From IMG/VR virus record IMGVR_UViG_3300032277_002977, positions 1 through 42,530 of that record: a stretch of DNA of 42,530 nt; one strand, given 5' to 3'. The stretch comes from a virus (lineage: Duplodnaviria; Caudoviricetes). The position numbers and the translations under genes are program-made. Below, piece by piece: positions 27,190 through 36,386 of this stretch; the first letter of the stretch is position 1; every line of letters begins with the position of its first letter. The notes below the pieces were generated by a model. That model had not been told where the DNA came from, made no database searches, and saw only the letters and a program-made list of their open reading frames with translations.

Positions 27190-28728
27190 TCACAACGGCC
27201 CGTCATCCGGCGGCGGCTCCGGCCCGACCGGCCCGGACCCATTTACCGCCCCGTCTTCAATCCCCGAAAACGCCTCGATCACCTCATCAAGCAGTTCAAG
27301 CCGGTAGGTCACGTACCCCGTTGACTTGCTGGTCTCCAGCCCCTTGTCTTTAAGGATTTTGCCGAACCGCGTGATGTTCCCAGCATCCAGCCCGCTGGCC
27401 TTGCACCACAACTCATAGGCCGCATAGATTTTCCCGGACCTCAGCCATCTGGTGGTTTGCCGGGACGTGCATTCCGTCAGGAAATTACCCACCGGATCAC
27501 TTTCCGCCCGGTAACTGTCGGTCGCATCCCGCACCGCTTGGGGCACCCGCAACCCGACCTCCTGCCAGTCCTCATACCCGGCGATCAGCCAGTTCAGAAT
27601 GCCCGGCAGCTCGTCCGCCAACGCCGCAAACAACGGCCCCACATCGGCCTCATCCACCTTGCCCTTAAACTCAACCATCAACAATCTGCGCCAGATGCCG
27701 TCATCACCACCCCGGATACTCGGTTTCGGGTTAAACGACAGCACCAGTTTGAACTGCGGATAAAACTCGAAAAACGGCTCGTTCAAATTTCGCGCCGTCA
27801 TCGCTTCGCCGCCGGTCATCGTCTTGATCATCGACTCCGCCAACCGCGACCCGGTCTCCGGTTCAGACGCCCGCACGAACCGCGCCCCCGGCAACCGCGC
27901 AATATCGGGCGTCGCATCGCCGCCGCCGCCCCGGTCATTATGCAACAGAGACCGGAACGGCAGTCCCATGGCATAATCCCCCAAAAGTTTCGCCAGGCAT
28001 TCCAGCAACGATGATTTGCCGTTGCCGCCATCGCCGTGCAACAGCAACACAACCTGCTCCGTCGTGTGCCCGGTCATCATGTAACCGAAAAACCGCTGAA
28101 TAAATTCGCGGACGTCCCGGTCCGGCAAAATCTTCTCAAGAAACGCATCGAAAACCGGACACCCCGCCTCCGGCACATAACGCACCGGGGCCAGCCGCGT
28201 CAGCAGATCATCGCGATGATGACTGCGGATTTCGGTCTTCGGTCCCAACACCAAGGTGCCATTTTCAACGCACAGTAAATCCGCCAACTGATCAAGATCA
28301 TCCACCTTGCACGTCAGATGTGGAGCCGCCTCACGCTGCATGGCCGCAATCGGCCCGGAGTTTCCCGACGTCTTGGCAAACTTTCTAAGCGCCGCAATCC
28401 ACTCAACCTGATCACCGGCGTTTTCCTTCAGCCACTTGGCCTCCGTCCGGATCAGCCGCGCCGTTTCCTGCGCCAGTATCTGGGCCATGCGCGGCCCATC
28501 GTCTTCCGACCAGCGCCGCCCGTCAAACCAGAACCAGCCCCGCCCCGGCACATACATCAGGTCTTCGCCAAACCGCACCTGCAACCGCTCGGCGTTACCC
28601 AGATCGTTCAAGGACTTCCGCGCACATGTGCCGTCGACGGTGCCGTCAAAGTCGTCGCCGATATCCAGCACGAACTCAGGGACCCCGGTTTTTTTCTTTT
28701 TCTTCTCATCCTTAAACGGCGTCGGCAT
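27190..28728 (-). CDS. P4-family/D5-type SF3 helicase (no primase domain evident)
   Basis: 'NDLGNAERL', 'WFDGRRW', Walker A 'GDGGNGKS' and 'DDGIWRRL' motifs. Confidence 0.93.
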   Translation of the reverse strand: MPTPFKDEKKKKKTGVPEFVLDIGDDFDGTVDGTCARKSLNDLGNAERLQVRFGEDLMYVPGRGWFWFDGRRWSEDDGPRMAQILAQETARLIRTEAKWLKENAGDQVEWIAALRKFAKTSGNSGPIAAMQREAAPHLTCKVDDLDQLADLLCVENGTLVLGPKTEIRSHHRDDLLTRLAPVRYVPEAGCPVFDAFLEKILPDRDVREFIQRFFGYMMTGHTTEQVVLLLHGDGGNGKSSLLECLAKLLGDYAMGLPFRSLLHNDRGGGGDATPDIARLPGARFVRASEPETGSRLAESMIKTMTGGEAMTARNLNEPFFEFYPQFKLVLSFNPKPSIRGGDDGIWRRLLMVEFKGKVDEADVGPLFAALADELPGILNWLIAGYEDWQEVGLRVPQAVRDATDSYRAESDPVGNFLTECTSRQTTRWLRSGKIYAAYELWCKASGLDAGNITRFGKILKDKGLETSKSTGYVTYRLELLDEVIEAFSGIEDGAVNGSGPVGPEPPPDDGPL

Positions 28729-28912
28729 CCTCGCCCTTTCCCGGTTCAACATCCCGGTTGTGGTGGCTCAAAACCTCACACAGCATCATCCCAACCGCCT
28801 GCAACTGCCCGCCGATGCGCTGCAATTCGCTGGCGGTCTCGATCAGCGCCAAACCTAAATCCTTATTTTCACCCCGTGCGGTATCATCCTCTGAAACAGC
28901 GCCCGACATCAC
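28712..28912 (-). CDS. Hypothetical protein
   Basis: 66 aa, overlaps both neighbours. Confidence 0.55.
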   Translation of the reverse strand: MMSGAVSEDDTARGENKDLGLALIETASELQRIGGQLQAVGMMLCEVLSHHNRDVEPGKGEDADAV

Positions 28913-29712
28913 GCCACCTCCGGCAACGCATGCCAGTCCTCATCCTCGGCAATCATCACCTCGGCCCGCGCCGGAGGCGGCGTCGTGCGTTTCATCGCCG
29001 CATCCACGATGGTCGCGTGATCCCGGTCATCACAGATGATTTCGGGGACGCCCCGCAGCACCTCGCGCAGTACCATTTCCTTGTTTTCGAGATCCGGCGC
29101 GATCAGCACCGCCCCCCGGCAACCGCCCTTCAACCAGTTGAGCGGTGTTGAAAACAACCGCAGCGGCCCCGGCTTTGTATCCTCAGTACCCCCCGGCCAA
29201 TCATCTCCAGATACACCAACGCCCAGCGCCCGGTTGACTTCCCATTCGCCGAGCCAGTTTACCCCGCCTTTCCCGCACCAGCGCTGGCCACCGTTTCTCA
29301 TATACCAGCGCGCCGGGTCGCGGGCATCGAACGCCAGCAGATCAAGCAGCGCCGGTCGGGTTCGATAAAACGTGTCATAAACCGAATGCAGCCCGGACCA
29401 CACACCCAGGATAATCGCCTCGAAATCCCGACCGTCATCCAGCGCGCCCGGAAGATACGTCGGATCATCCCCGTCATGGCCGGGCCACACCCGCGCCACG
29501 CCCCAGCCGCCCGCCGCCAACCGCGAAGCGTTGGTGATACCCTGAACCTGCGTCAGCCAGCATTGTTGTTTCCACGACAGGGCGACCTCCGCCTTGTCCA
29601 ACTCCAAGTGCAGGTCGCGCACCCGGCATCGCGGGCAACTGGCGTCCGTGCGATGCGCCGTATCCAGAAACCGGTTGCGGTCGCGAAGCCGCTGGCGAGC
29701 CTGCACCGTCAT
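28909..29712 (-). CDS. Hypothetical replication-associated protein (possibly primase-derived)
   Basis: Upstream of a primase-less helicase; CxxC near the N-terminus; 'LRLFSTPLNWL..GCRGAVL' motif. Confidence 0.55.
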   Translation of the reverse strand: MTVQARQRLRDRNRFLDTAHRTDASCPRCRVRDLHLELDKAEVALSWKQQCWLTQVQGITNASRLAAGGWGVARVWPGHDGDDPTYLPGALDDGRDFEAIILGVWSGLHSVYDTFYRTRPALLDLLAFDARDPARWYMRNGGQRWCGKGGVNWLGEWEVNRALGVGVSGDDWPGGTEDTKPGPLRLFSTPLNWLKGGCRGAVLIAPDLENKEMVLREVLRGVPEIICDDRDHATIVDAAMKRTTPPPARAEVMIAEDEDWHALPEVA

Positions 29713-30491
29713 ACCGCCACCCCGAACAGGCCGATGTCCAATTCACCCCTGATTTCACGCAGCCGCCGACACGCCGTCTCGTAAATCGCCGCGTCCTTTT
29801 CAATGCCGATGAACCGCCGCCCCTCTTTCAGCGCCGCCACCCCGGTCGACCCCGACCCCATGAACGGGTCCAGAACCAGATCGCCCGGTTGTGAGGATTG
29901 GCGGATGTAGTTCGCCATCAAACGCCACGGCTTCTGGGTCTTGTGGCGGCTGTCTGCCCCGCGCGGGGCGCGCATCCTGATCGTCTGTTGCTGCGACGGG
30001 TCATTGATGGTCCGCGCCCGACCCTTCCAGCAGTACAGCACGAATTCATTGTTTTTCATGTAAAACTTGTTCGCCGTCGGCGATATCTTGTCCCAAGGCA
30101 GCAGATTATGATGTTTGAAGCCCACCGCCATCGCCGCGTTCCAGCAGGGGAAAACCTCCTTGTCGTTGGCCATAAAATAGGCGTCGGCGTCGGCCTTCAG
30201 CGCCGCAAAGGCCAGCCCCATCCAGTCGGCCCATTTCACATCGCAGAGCACAATATCGCCGTCGTTGGCGTAGGTCGCCGCATCGAACTTGCCGCGCATG
30301 GGAATTTGAGTTTTTGAGGGCTTGCCGACCCCGCCGGATGTCAGCTTGTACGGCGCATCGACGGCCAGCAGATCGGCCTTTTCATCAAGCCCCGGCAGAA
30401 CCTCCAGACAGTCGCCCAGATAGAGTGTCGCGCCGCCAATTGTTTGGCATGGAATGGATGACTCGATCTGTTCAACCCGCGCCCCGCTCAT
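29709..30491 (-). CDS. N6/N4 DNA methyltransferase (beta class)
   Basis: 'LYLGDCLEVL', motif IV 'DAPY', 'HKTQKP' and motif I 'VLDPFMGSGSTG'. Confidence 0.92.
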   Translation of the reverse strand: MSGARVEQIESSIPCQTIGGATLYLGDCLEVLPGLDEKADLLAVDAPYKLTSGGVGKPSKTQIPMRGKFDAATYANDGDIVLCDVKWADWMGLAFAALKADADAYFMANDKEVFPCWNAAMAVGFKHHNLLPWDKISPTANKFYMKNNEFVLYCWKGRARTINDPSQQQTIRMRAPRGADSRHKTQKPWRLMANYIRQSSQPGDLVLDPFMGSGSTGVAALKEGRRFIGIEKDAAIYETACRRLREIRGELDIGLFGVAV

Positions 30492-30733
30492 AAGTCAGCA
30501 TCCCCCGGAATTTTGGCCTGGAATTTTTTTGCCAGCTCATGACGTCTGGCGGCTTCGCTGACCAGGGTTTTCAGATCGGGCAGATCGGCGGGCGTCAACA
30601 GCGTCGAGATCGACACCCGCCCGACGCTCTGGGTGATTGAGATCGCGCCCGACGGCTCCACCGTGAACGCCACCCCGGCGTTTTCAAACCGCACACGCTC
30701 CAGGGCGTTGTGTTCATCGGGGCCTTTGGGCAT
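30488..30733 (-). CDS. Hypothetical protein
   Basis: 81 aa, start and stop coupled to both neighbours. Confidence 0.65.
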   Translation of the reverse strand: MPKGPDEHNALERVRFENAGVAFTVEPSGAISITQSVGRVSISTLLTPADLPDLKTLVSEAARRHELAKKFQAKIPGDADL

Positions 30734-31038
30734 CAGACATCCCCCACCAATCCAGACAAACGCCGCGCCCGGACCAGTAACGCCGCCATACGCTGCGAGA
30801 CAACCGCTGCCCGCCGGTTCAGCTCATCCATCCGTTTAACCCGGCCCACCGAAGAAGCCACCGAAAAAAGCCCCGAGCGACCGTCGTCGGTGTCGCTCGG
30901 GGTTAGGTTCACAGGGAGGCTTTCCACCCGTGGACGGGTGGAGACGGAAGGTTTCGGAGGAGAGAACCCGCCGCCTGTCCCGGTGCGCCCGGCACCGGAA
31001 TTCTGTTTGATCATGTGAGTGCGCATGTCTTGCGTCAT
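30733..31038 (-). CDS. Hypothetical protein
   Basis: ATG 31038 coupled to the upstream peptide; TGATG-coupled downstream. Confidence 0.5.
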   Translation of the reverse strand: MTQDMRTHMIKQNSGAGRTGTGGGFSPPKPSVSTRPRVESLPVNLTPSDTDDGRSGLFSVASSVGRVKRMDELNRRAAVVSQRMAALLVRARRLSGLVGDV

Positions 31039-31130
31039 GGCAGACCGCCAAAATAAAACGACGCCACCAGAACAGCGCTGACCAGCACCCCGCTCAAGCC
31101 GAAGGCCAATATCAGGGGCCGCCCGCTCAT
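31035..31130 (-). CDS. 31-aa single-TM peptide (absent from the ORF track)
   Basis: MSGRPLILAFGLSGVLVSAVLVASFYFGGLP*; ATGA overlaps at both ends. Confidence 0.6.
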   Translation of the reverse strand: MSGRPLILAFGLSGVLVSAVLVASFYFGGLP

Positions 31131-31540
31131 GCCCGCACCACCGCCAGTGCAGGCCCATATGATGCAGGCCCGTATGATACGGGCTCAAGCGCCGCCTCAA
31201 TCTGTTCAACAACAACCCGAAGCGCCGCCGCCACCGTCCGGCAGCAGCCCTCCAGCAGACGCGCCCGGCCTTCTTCCCGACCGGGCGTCATCGCCCCGTC
31301 ATCAATCATCCGCCCGCGCAAAAATTCACTCAGCGGCACCCCGTATCCGGCCCGGCAATGCGCCGCCTCCAGGCGATACACCGTCTCCAACACCCGCCAG
31401 TCGCGGCGCATAGGATTGCACAACTGGCGCAGCCGCGACGTCGACACCCCGGCGGCCTCCGCCGCCGTATCGGCCCCCAGCCGCGCCACCATGGCGCTTA
31501 AGAGTCCAGGAACGGTTTCAGGATCGCGGGCGTAGGTCAT
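31127..31540 (-). CDS. CII-like HTH regulator
   Basis: 'GADTAAEAAGVSTSRLRQLCNP' HTH; downstream of cro; GGAGG RBS. Confidence 0.65.
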   Translation of the reverse strand: MTYARDPETVPGLLSAMVARLGADTAAEAAGVSTSRLRQLCNPMRRDWRVLETVYRLEAAHCRAGYGVPLSEFLRGRMIDDGAMTPGREEGRARLLEGCCRTVAAALRVVVEQIEAALEPVSYGPASYGPALAVVRA

Positions 31541-31677
31541 CGCACCCCTCCTAACATCGCGCCGACATTTGGGACTATGCCGCCACGGGCGAGGTCGTCA
31601 GGATGAAACTTGTCATCAGCCACGGGGACTTGAGGATATGACTGGTTTATTTCAGATTGATGTTTTGAGTTTTCCAT
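31537..31677 (-). CDS. 46-aa hypothetical peptide (absent from the ORF track)
   Basis: TGATG-coupled to cro and ATGA-coupled to the CII-like gene. Confidence 0.5.
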   Translation of the reverse strand: MENSKHQSEINQSYPQVPVADDKFHPDDLARGGIVPNVGAMLGGVR

Positions 31678-31943
31678 CATGCGGCTTCCTTACCAAGAAA
31701 CCCACCAGACGCCGCGAGTCGGGCCAACAGGTGCAGGGTAATGCTGTCAATCCCCCGCGCCGACGAACCATTAACCAACGCGCTCCAGATATCTCGATCC
31801 CGCGACCGCGCCGGAATGCTGTTGTGATGTCGCCAACTGCCGACGGTGCCCACAGGCACTTTGACGTCGTGCGCCAGCGCTTCATAAGACGGCCAGCAGT
31901 CAATCAGATCGCGAAAAGTTTTGATGGTGGGTTGGTCAGCCAT
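31677..31943 (-). CDS. cro: Cro-like HTH regulator
   Basis: 'DLIDCWPSYEALAHDVKVPVGTVGSWRHHNSIP'; divergent from the repressor. Confidence 0.8.
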   Translation of the reverse strand: MADQPTIKTFRDLIDCWPSYEALAHDVKVPVGTVGSWRHHNSIPARSRDRDIWSALVNGSSARGIDSITLHLLARLAASGGFLGKEAA

Positions 31944-31955
31944 AACTCAACAAAT

Positions 31956-32023
31956 ATTGATATTTTCAATTTATGTCAAGATGAAATTGATTTCATCAAT
32001 TTTCATAACCTTGATATGGCAAG
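31956..32023. promoter_or_regulatory. OR-like operators and PR promoter
   Basis: ATTGA-N5-TCAAT palindromes at 31956-31970 and 31986-32000, degenerate copy near 32010-32023; TTGACA on the minus strand at 31979-31974. Confidence 0.8.
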
Positions 32024-32064
32024 GAAAACTGCCAAAATTAGTATTATTCCGCCACAGGAAACAC

Positions 32065-32790
32065 ATGATGAATTTTAATTCCACTGCTGAACGGTTGAAA
32101 TTGGCGCGCACATGCGCCGGATTCCGCACCGCCAAGGAATTCGCGGACAAGCACGACATACCCCAGCCGACCTACGCCCAGTACGAAGGCACCGGCAAGT
32201 CAGGGCGGGAATTGACACTAAACACAGCCCGCGAATATGCCGCGCATCTTGGCAATTGCTCCGCCGCATGGCTGTTGACCGGCGAGGGAGAGGCACCCGA
32301 ACAAAAAGACCCAGCACCGACGGCAGCCCAGAAAGAACGTAGCGAAGCAAAAACGGCACTTGAAAAGGCCATCACCAAAGACCCGGATCACCCGCAAAAT
32401 AACCGTGATAAAAAATTCCTGACCGAACTGCGCGAGGAGCAGGCCACCTTCGAAGGCCCGGACAACGCCGATGAACTGCTGAAGGCCCTGTATCCCGCCC
32501 ATCCCCGCGCCGCTTGGATCAAGGCCGGGTCCATGGCGCTGAACCTGCGCGGCATTCTGCCCGGTGACTATCTTGTTTATGACCCGGACATAACCTTCCG
32601 CCCCGGCGTCGATGTGGTCCTACAAGTCGCCGACCCCCAGACCGGCAGCGCAAAAACCCTGCTCCGCCATTTCACCGGCGCAAGTTTTACTGGCATGACC
32701 AGTCTGTCAAAAATCCCTGAAACCGAATATGCCCCTGACCACATGACCGTCTACGGCGTCATTGTCCGGGTCTACCGGGAAAGTTCTTGA
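32065..32790 (+). CDS. cI: CI-like repressor (XRE HTH plus degenerate S24 domain)
   Basis: 'ERLKLAR..AGFRTAKEFA...TYAQYE', 'AAWLLTGEG'; C-terminal 'GSM..GILPGDYLVYDP' and 'VYGVIV'. Confidence 0.88.
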   Translation: MMNFNSTAERLKLARTCAGFRTAKEFADKHDIPQPTYAQYEGTGKSGRELTLNTAREYAAHLGNCSAAWLLTGEGEAPEQKDPAPTAAQKERSEAKTALEKAITKDPDHPQNNRDKKFLTELREEQATFEGPDNADELLKALYPAHPRAAWIKAGSMALNLRGILPGDYLVYDPDITFRPGVDVVLQVADPQTGSAKTLLRHFTGASFTGMTSLSKIPETEYAPDHMTVYGVIVRVYRESS

Positions 32791-33162
32791 TTACCCAGTC
32801 CCGCAGGCCTCGATAACCTGTATTGCCGCTGCGACCGTATCGACCGGATCACCCCACACCGTCATCCGCGACCGCATCTCAAACGCCGACCCTGCCCCCT
32901 CTCTGGTCAACGTGGCCTCCCACAGGGGATGAACAAACCCCTGCTCCCCAAGTGAAAACTGCAGTTTGACGACACTGCCGTCCGCAGTGGCAGAATTCCT
33001 GATGTTCCAGTCACCCGCCGTTCTGTCCGTAAAGCAGAACGCGATATCCCCCGGCGACCCGCTCAACAGGCTTTCATGAACCGGCGATGATGCACGAATA
33101 GTCGAAAGTTCAGCGCATCCGCCCATCGCAATCACCGCCAGAAGCCCGCCCCGCAAACGCAT
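32791..33162 (-). CDS. Small lipoprotein in the immunity region
   Basis: MRLRGGLLAVIAMGG-C lipobox; GGGGAG RBS. Confidence 0.7.
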   Translation of the reverse strand: MRLRGGLLAVIAMGGCAELSTIRASSPVHESLLSGSPGDIAFCFTDRTAGDWNIRNSATADGSVVKLQFSLGEQGFVHPLWEATLTREGAGSAFEMRSRMTVWGDPVDTVAAAIQVIEACGTG

Positions 33163-33269
33163 CCTCACCACCCGACTCCCCTTAATGCTGTTTATTACCA
33201 CTCAGCTTACCACTGCCGGGCAAAATCAAGCAAATACCTCCATTTCAAAGCATATCAATCCGCAAAATA

Positions 33270-33323
33270 ATTGATATTTTCAATTTTTAATTGACAAATA
33301 AATTGATAATTGCAATATTCAAT
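33270..33323 (+). promoter_or_regulatory. OL-like operators and PL promoter
   Basis: ATTGATATTTTCAAT (33270-33284) is identical to the site at 31956; variants at 33302-33323; TTGACA at 33291. Confidence 0.8.
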
Positions 33324-33349
33324 TTACCGAACGTTTTTGGAGCCACCCA

Positions 33350-34198
33350 ATGCCAACCCAAACAATCACAACCCACCGTCAACAAGTCGACAACCTGATC
33401 AGCCGTGGCGCGCTGTTTGTCATCAATCACAGCGGCGGCAAGGATAGCCAGGCAATGGATGCCGTTTTGCGGAAAATTGTCCCAGCCGCCCAGATCGTTC
33501 GGGTTCATTGTGATCTTGGTGACGTTGAGTGGATGGGCGTGAAAGAACACATCAGCGCCAACATCAACGGAGCCGACCTCCATCTGGCTCATGCCATCTA
33601 CAAGGACGGATCACCGAAAACCTTTCTCAACATGGTCGCTAATCGTCACCAGAAAAATCTGGAAAAGGGCAAGAATGTTTCGCCATGGCCATCAAGCGGT
33701 TGCCGGGAATGCACCAGTGATCTGAAAACCGGTCCCGGCAACAAAGTTATCCGCCGCCTGTCCAATGAAACGGGGCGTAAGATCATCGTTTCGTGTTTTG
33801 GTTTCCGTGCCGAGGAAAGTGACCGCCGCGCTGCCAAGGTCCAACTGGGACTGGACGCCAAGAACTGCACCGCCGGTCGGGAATGGTACGAATTTTCCCC
33901 CATCCATGACCTGACCACTGAACAGGTGTTTCAGGTGATCGCGCAAGCCGGTCAGAAACCGCACTGGGCCTATCAACGCAATGACCGTTTATCCTGCGTC
34001 TTTTGTGTCTTCGGCAGCTTAGGTGACCTGCGCCACGGCGCGGAACAGCGCCCGGAACTTTATCGCCAATACGTCGAACTAGAACATGCCACCGGCAAGA
34101 CCATCCGCCACGGCAAAACCCTGGAACAGGTCACCGGAATCTATCTGAACCCGTTGGCACCTGCCAACCATTTGGCATGGGCCAAAATAGCCGCGTGA
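33350..34198 (+). CDS. PAPS-reductase-family (PP-loop) protein
   Basis: 'HSGGKDS', 'RECTSDLKTGP', 'GFRAEES.RR' and 'RLSCVFC' motifs. Confidence 0.88.
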   Translation: MPTQTITTHRQQVDNLISRGALFVINHSGGKDSQAMDAVLRKIVPAAQIVRVHCDLGDVEWMGVKEHISANINGADLHLAHAIYKDGSPKTFLNMVANRHQKNLEKGKNVSPWPSSGCRECTSDLKTGPGNKVIRRLSNETGRKIIVSCFGFRAEESDRRAAKVQLGLDAKNCTAGREWYEFSPIHDLTTEQVFQVIAQAGQKPHWAYQRNDRLSCVFCVFGSLGDLRHGAEQRPELYRQYVELEHATGKTIRHGKTLEQVTGIYLNPLAPANHLAWAKIAA

Positions 34199-34214
34199 AA
34201 ACAGGAGCCACCCG

Positions 34215-34523
34215 ATGACCGCCACCATCCACCCCTTTCCGTTTATCCAGACCCGGTTCCTCCCGGACCCGCCTGCCGATCCGCAAACCTTGATCGCCGA
34301 TTTCGGGCACCCCCACTGGCCCGGCTGGAAATGGTTGATGTGGCTGCTGCTGGTCCTGCAGGTCGCCGCCTTTCTCAATACCCAGCCCATGGCCCGGACA
34401 CCGCGCCTCACCGGCGGCGGGGCGCGGCTGGTCCGTGGCGCAACCCGCAATTCCTCATCGCGCACCGGGTCGCGCATCCCCTCACGCACCAGCCGCAAAC
34501 TTTCTTCAACCACGATCAACTAA
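34215..34523 (+). CDS. Hypothetical protein with one TM segment
   Basis: AGGAG RBS, ATG 34215; the 3' reading frame is uncertain. Confidence 0.45.
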   Translation: MTATIHPFPFIQTRFLPDPPADPQTLIADFGHPHWPGWKWLMWLLLVLQVAAFLNTQPMARTPRLTGGGARLVRGATRNSSSRTGSRIPSRTSRKLSSTTIN

Positions 34524-34557
34524 CGCTCATCAACCCCTCTGGGAAAAGGACCGTTCC

Positions 34558-35067
34558 ATGCCAAACGAAACCACAAAATCCGAAATCTCACAACACGGCC
34601 TCGTCACCCCCGAACAGGCGCTGGCCGCGCATTCCGCCGAGGAAAAACAGCGCTGGGACGCCGTCTCGAAATCCGCCACCCGGTATTTCAACAGCGGTGG
34701 TGAAACCCTGGCCCTGGCATGGGCCAGACAGCAACGCGACCTCACCCTGTTCATCACCGGCGACAGTGAAGTCGCCAAACGACAGGGCGAAGCTGTTTTG
34801 ACCCGCTGCCGCGAGCAGGGCTTCCGCCCCGATGTCACCCCCCAGTCTCACGCCATCCCCATACACGCACCCCGGCGCAGCACCTACGAACAGCGCCAGT
34901 CGGGCAAACCGAAAGCCGATAACGACCGCAGCAGGCAGCGCAAGTGCCTGACCTGCGGGGGACACTTTTTATCGGAAGGCCCGCACAACCGCCGGTGCAA
35001 TTCCTGCACCAACCAGCTCCACGATACCGGATCGCCCGGCCAGATGATCGAACAGATGGCGGTCTGA
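34558..35067 (+). CDS. Hypothetical protein with a C-terminal zinc finger
   Basis: AAGGA RBS; 'RKCLTCGGHFLSEGPHNRRCNSC'. Confidence 0.7.
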   Translation: MPNETTKSEISQHGLVTPEQALAAHSAEEKQRWDAVSKSATRYFNSGGETLALAWARQQRDLTLFITGDSEVAKRQGEAVLTRCREQGFRPDVTPQSHAIPIHAPRRSTYEQRQSGKPKADNDRSRQRKCLTCGGHFLSEGPHNRRCNSCTNQLHDTGSPGQMIEQMAV

Positions 35068-35188
35068 TGTTCTGCCGCCTTCTCAGACAGTTTTCCCGCT
35101 GGCGCTTCCGCCAGTCCCTCAAACGCCGCCGCCACAGCGCCAAGAAATCGACATGGATCAAAATCTCCAAACCAAGGACATGGAATTT

Positions 35189-35950
35189 ATGACTGATACT
35201 TTCAACCCCGAAGACCGCCGCATCACCACGCAGGCCAAATATCTGGCCATGCTGCTGCCGTTCATGTCGAAGCAAGAAACACGTTATTATCTGAATGGAA
35301 TTTATGTCACCCCGCATCCGGCGGATGATGGGATATTGCTGGTCGCCACGGACGGCCACCGCATGGGCATTATTCATGACCGGGACGGCTCATGTGAACA
35401 CGGCCCCTGGACCTGCACAATCCCCAAGCGCGCAACGGCGACCTTGAAAATTCGCCCAGGCGTCAAAAATCTGCATACCAAACCCTGTCTCGCCCATTTC
35501 TGCGGGCAGGCGCTGTTCATAACCTCGTTCGGCTTTGAACCCGACGACGACCCCACCAGCTTTGGCGCTCACCACCTGATCGGCTGCCACGCCGGGGCGA
35601 TTAATGGGACCTATCCCGAATGGCAGAAAGTCGTCCCGACCGGCATCGGCAAACGCACCGCGAAGCACCTGAGTTTCAATCCGACCTACCTTGCCGACTT
35701 CAAGCAAGTCGCACGCTTGTCCGGGATTGATCACCCTGTCGTTACCATCTTCGCACCGGACACCCCAAACGGGCCCAGCCGCATTCTTGTTCAAAATGTC
35801 CCGGAGTTTGCCGGAGTGATCATGCCGTGCCGCGAAGAGGGTGTTCTGGACCAGCGCTGGCTGGATCAGGCGATCACCAAGCTACGGAAACCAAAAAAAC
35901 AGACGAAACCAAAACGCAAGATCGCCACTCCAGCGAAAAAGGCCGCGTGA
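35189..35950 (+). CDS. DNA polymerase III beta-clamp-like protein (partial clamp fold)
   Basis: 'ETRYYLNGI', 'LVATDGHRM', 'GTYPEWQKVVP', 'FNPTYL' and 'VIMP' motifs. Confidence 0.8.
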   Translation: MTDTFNPEDRRITTQAKYLAMLLPFMSKQETRYYLNGIYVTPHPADDGILLVATDGHRMGIIHDRDGSCEHGPWTCTIPKRATATLKIRPGVKNLHTKPCLAHFCGQALFITSFGFEPDDDPTSFGAHHLIGCHAGAINGTYPEWQKVVPTGIGKRTAKHLSFNPTYLADFKQVARLSGIDHPVVTIFAPDTPNGPSRILVQNVPEFAGVIMPCREEGVLDQRWLDQAITKLRKPKKQTKPKRKIATPAKKAA

Positions 35951-35975
35951 TCACCAACATAAGGAACTGGAATTC

Positions 35976-36386
35976 ATGACTGAGTACCGCCGCGTTATTC
36001 TCGAAAGCCCGTTCGCAGCCCCGACCACCGCAGGCGTGCGCCGCCATATCGCTTATGCCCGCGCCTGCATCAGGGATTCCCTTGATCGCGACGAGGCCCC
36101 CTTCGCCAGTCACCTTCTTTACACCCAGCGCGGCATTCTCAACGACCGCAACCCGGACGAACGAAAGCGCGGCATTGACGCCGGTCTGGCCTGGGGGACG
36201 GAAGCCGACTTGACCGTCGTTTATATCGACCTCGGCGTCACACAGGGCATGCTTCAGGGCATTGAACGCGCCATGACCGAGGGCCGACCGGTCGAACAGC
36301 GCTCATTGCCGGACTGGGCCGACAACCCCAGGCAGGTCCTGAAAACTGGCGCGGCCAACGAAGACACCCCGCCAGAGGCCGCCTGA
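35976..36386 (+). CDS. Nucleoside-deoxyribosyltransferase-like phage protein
   Basis: 'VILESPFA', 'EAPFASHLLYTQ' and 'VVYIDLGVTQGM' motifs. Confidence 0.65.
   Translation: MTEYRRVILESPFAAPTTAGVRRHIAYARACIRDSLDRDEAPFASHLLYTQRGILNDRNPDERKRGIDAGLAWGTEADLTVVYIDLGVTQGMLQGIERAMTEGRPVEQRSLPDWADNPRQVLKTGAANEDTPPEAA

Noticed and set aside
31575-31650. CTGATGA on the minus strand as a hammerhead ribozyme core
   Set aside because: No correctly placed GAAA or stems; the region is explained by a coupled 46-aa ORF.
34331-34801. Alternative overlapping frames suggesting a frameshift in the 34215 gene
   Set aside because: Three frames are open locally but there is no slippery site or motif to choose between them.
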